From the IMG/VR virus record IMGVR_UViG_3300033892_000023, positions 1 through 15,840 of that record: DNA of 15,840 nt; one strand, 5' to 3'. The notes below the pieces were generated by a model. It did not search any database, was not told the DNA's origin, and saw only the letters and a program-made list of their open reading frames with translations. Shown here one piece after another: positions 13,539-15,840 of this stretch; positions within the stretch are counted from its first letter, which is position 1, and each line of letters opens with the position of its first letter. A program made the translations under genes and the position numbers.

Positions 13539-14729
13539 ATGGAATTTAAAAGAGAAAGTTCCGGAATAATTAAAAGCTTTAATGTCCTAGATATTTTTTC
13601 CATAAATCTTTTGTATATGGGAATCTTAAGTGGAATAAGTTATCCACTTTTTGTCTCTGAAATGATGAAAAATGTAAACTTATTATTTGCTATTTTAATA
13701 GCATCAGTCTTTGGAATTCCACTTTTAGTAATGTATTATTTACTGACTAAGAAAATTCCGCTTAATGGAGGAGATTATGCTTATATTCGCTCAACATTTT
13801 CTCCAAAGTTTTACACAATTTTCGGAATTTCATTATGGTTAATTTACGTATTTTCAGCTCCAGTATTATCTGACTTAGTACTTCTAAATTTCAATATTCC
13901 GATATTCGAGAAATTCTTAATTTCAGAATTATTATTTGCTATTGCTTTACTTAGCATAGTTAAAAAGTCAATTTATGCATATATTGTAGACGGAATTGCA
14001 ATTTTACAAATAATTGTTTCTTTAATTCTGCCAATTTCAAGTTTCCATTTTCAAGCCCCAAATTTCATATTATCAAACACTTTACTTTCAGCTTTACTAT
14101 TTGATTTAGCCATGTTTTTGTTTCTAAATGCAATTAGCTACATAGCTGGAGAGACAAAAAATGTAAATAAAAGCATGAAAATTGGTTATTTTGGAAGTTA
14201 TTTAGTTGTTACTGTATTAGCAATATTAGACAGTTATTCAAATTTAAATATATTATTTCTGTTAATGCCGATATGGTTTATGAGTTATATTTTTGTAACC
14301 TCATTAATTCAAAGTAGATTAGTTCAAAATTTAGCATTTGATAAAATCTTACCTGAAAAATTTGCAAAAATAACGCCTAACGTTTTGTTATTAATCTTTA
14401 TTGCTGATACAATTGCAAATATCTTAGAAAATCTACTAAACTTTTCAATTTCATTTGGATTTGACGGTCTATTATTCATCTTCTGGAACTTTATAATTGT
14501 TAGTTTTGCATTTCTAAAATTAACAAACAAAAAACTATTATTTTCAATAGTAATGATTAGCTTAATTTTACAGATCTTCTTATTCTTTTATTTAGGATTA
14601 CAAAATTCAGTATTCTATAACTTTGTAATTGAAGGAAATCTCCTATACGCAATATTGAGAATTGCAATAATGCCAATTGTAGGAGGAATTATTTACTTGT
14701 TAAGGAGAAAAATTATAAACGCTGAATAA
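13539..14729 (+). CDS. APC-superfamily (amino-acid permease-like) transporter, multi-pass membrane protein, 396 aa
   Basis: N-terminal FKRESSGIIK typical of Sulfolobales permeases, APC motifs IPLNGGDYAYI and YIAGETKN, and about 11 hydrophobic segments. Confidence 0.85.
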   Translation: MEFKRESSGIIKSFNVLDIFSINLLYMGILSGISYPLFVSEMMKNVNLLFAILIASVFGIPLLVMYYLLTKKIPLNGGDYAYIRSTFSPKFYTIFGISLWLIYVFSAPVLSDLVLLNFNIPIFEKFLISELLFAIALLSIVKKSIYAYIVDGIAILQIIVSLILPISSFHFQAPNFILSNTLLSALLFDLAMFLFLNAISYIAGETKNVNKSMKIGYFGSYLVVTVLAILDSYSNLNILFLLMPIWFMSYIFVTSLIQSRLVQNLAFDKILPEKFAKITPNVLLLIFIADTIANILENLLNFSISFGFDGLLFIFWNFIIVSFAFLKLTNKKLLFSIVMISLILQIFLFFYLGLQNSVFYNFVIEGNLLYAILRIAIMPIVGGIIYLLRRKIINAE

Positions 14730-14731
14730 AG

Positions 14732-15667
14732 ATGAAATTGATATTTGGCATTTCTAGTTCAAGAAGTTATTTTTTTAAAACTAATTTTCCAGTCTTAATT
14801 AATCAGTTGAGATTTAGAAAAAAAACATGGAAAAATGAAACATGGATTGATAGTGGCGGATTTCAAATTATAATGCATAACTTAAAAATTTCTGTAAATG
14901 ATGTCTTGCAAAAGTATAAAAGTGTTAATGCTTACGCATTTTTTTCTCTCGATATTCCTAGCGTTTTTGCACCTCTTGACAAACGGAATTTTGAATATTT
15001 TGAGTATCTCTACACAAAAATTGAATGGATAGAAAAAATTATACCAGTTTTACATATTTATCCACTTCAAGATTTGGATAAAGCTATTGATTTTTACAAA
15101 CAATACAGTTATTATTTTGCAATTGGTGGAATAATGACTTCTAGCAAATTAAGAGTTTTACAATATACATTTCCGTGGATTTATTATATAAAAAGAAAAG
15201 TATCTTATCTTCACGTTCTCGGTATATCATCTCCATATTTTTTACAAATTTTTGATAATATGCAAAGCATGGATACCGCATTTTGTTCAATAATTTCAGC
15301 ATTTAAAGAAATAATTTGGTTTAATGGATCTAGGAGATATGTTGGAAATATGAAAACAAAAAGGGAAAGATATAAAATTACAAAAGAAGAAAAAGAACAA
15401 TTGTTTGAATTTTTAGATAAACATAACTTTCCATTTGAATATGATTTAAACAACAGAAAAATTTTAGAAATGATAAATGTATACATGTTACTGTATAATA
15501 ATTGGAGAATTAAGAATAAGTATACAGAATATGCTGATAAATTAAGAAAAATGGGACTAGATAGTTTGACAAGTGAGTTAATTAGAAATTATAAAATTGC
15601 TAGTGAAATATTGAAAGAGAAAAAGAATAAAAAGAAAAAAGAAGATGAATTAGAAACAGAGATATAA
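14732..15667 (+). CDS. TGT-fold guanine transglycosylase (tRNA-guanine transglycosylase or DpdA-like), 311 aa
   Basis: Motifs IDSGGFQ (D40), SLDIP (D74), IPVLH, AIGG, LHVLG and SMDT (D181). There is no CxCxxC Zn site and no PUA domain. It starts 2 nt after the transporter stop. Confidence 0.85.
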   Translation: MKLIFGISSSRSYFFKTNFPVLINQLRFRKKTWKNETWIDSGGFQIIMHNLKISVNDVLQKYKSVNAYAFFSLDIPSVFAPLDKRNFEYFEYLYTKIEWIEKIIPVLHIYPLQDLDKAIDFYKQYSYYFAIGGIMTSSKLRVLQYTFPWIYYIKRKVSYLHVLGISSPYFLQIFDNMQSMDTAFCSIISAFKEIIWFNGSRRYVGNMKTKRERYKITKEEKEQLFEFLDKHNFPFEYDLNNRKILEMINVYMLLYNNWRIKNKYTEYADKLRKMGLDSLTSELIRNYKIASEILKEKKNKKKKEDELETEI

Positions 15668-15684
15668 AAATTCACATTTTCATA

Positions 15685-15840
15685 TCATTCTTCTTCTTCA
15701 TCAACATCATCATCATCAACATCATCATAACCAAAAACAATATTGATAGCTTCCTCTATTTTATCTTTAAATTTTGTTTTTATTTCGTCTGGACTTAATA
15801 ATTGGTGAACTTCATTACTTAAAATCTTTGAAACTGTATC
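15685..15840 (-). CDS. C-terminal 51 aa of a hypothetical protein with an acidic tail (partial, enters from the window end)
   Basis: Hand translation gives DTVSKILSNEVHQLLSPDEIKTKFKDKIEEAINIVFGYDDVDDDDVDEEEE*, with the stop at 15687-15685. Confidence 0.65.
   Translation of the reverse strand, partial: DTVSKILSNEVHQLLSPDEIKTKFKDKIEEAINIVFGYDDVDDDDVDEEEE
15698..15727. repeat. Tandem 15 bp duplication TCATCAACATCATCA x2 in the acidic tail
   Basis: Exact copies at 15698-15712 and 15713-15727. Confidence 0.7.

Noticed and set aside
14324-14530. 68 aa minus-strand ORF
   Set aside because: Antisense within the transporter gene, with composition mirroring the hydrophobic codons.
15211-15486. 91 aa minus-strand ORF
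   Set aside because: Antisense within the TGT gene, with no independent support.
1-15840. tRNA/rRNA genes, IS elements, terminal inverted repeats
   Set aside because: No GC-rich cloverleaf or rRNA-like segment and no transposase. The window is internal to the genome, with ORFs running off both ends.

Overview
AT-rich (roughly 25% GC by eye), gene-dense segment of an archaeal rod-shaped virus genome (Rudiviridae, SIRV/SRV-like, Sulfolobales host). The assignment rests on recognisable proteins and on gene order as I recall it for SIRV2: ORF488-like virion protein (partial, minus), GNAT acetyltransferase, Holliday junction resolvase (hjc), ORF69-like, a ~410 bp structured non-coding gap, the 1058 aa terminal-fibre protein (ORF1070-like), ORF564-like and ORF510-like virion proteins, a SAM methyltransferase, ORF269-like, two glycosyltransferases, an APC-family transporter and a TGT-fold transglycosylase. 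Most notable: (1) an ATP-dependent ligase-type nucleotidyltransferase, probably an RNA ligase, with its own promoter between two core structural genes; (2) an APC transporter operonic with a Zn-less, DpdA-like TGT, a possible 7-deazaguanine uptake and DNA-modification module; (3) a 60 bp GC-rich in-frame insert of nested palindromes and direct repeats in the methyltransferase; (4) two promoter classes, GTCATAA-type leaderless promoters and a palindromic TATACA-N6/8-TGTATA element before three virion-type genes; (5) a hidden paralogous family among ORF566, ORF269 and ORF511. Homologue names come from memory of the family, not from a search.
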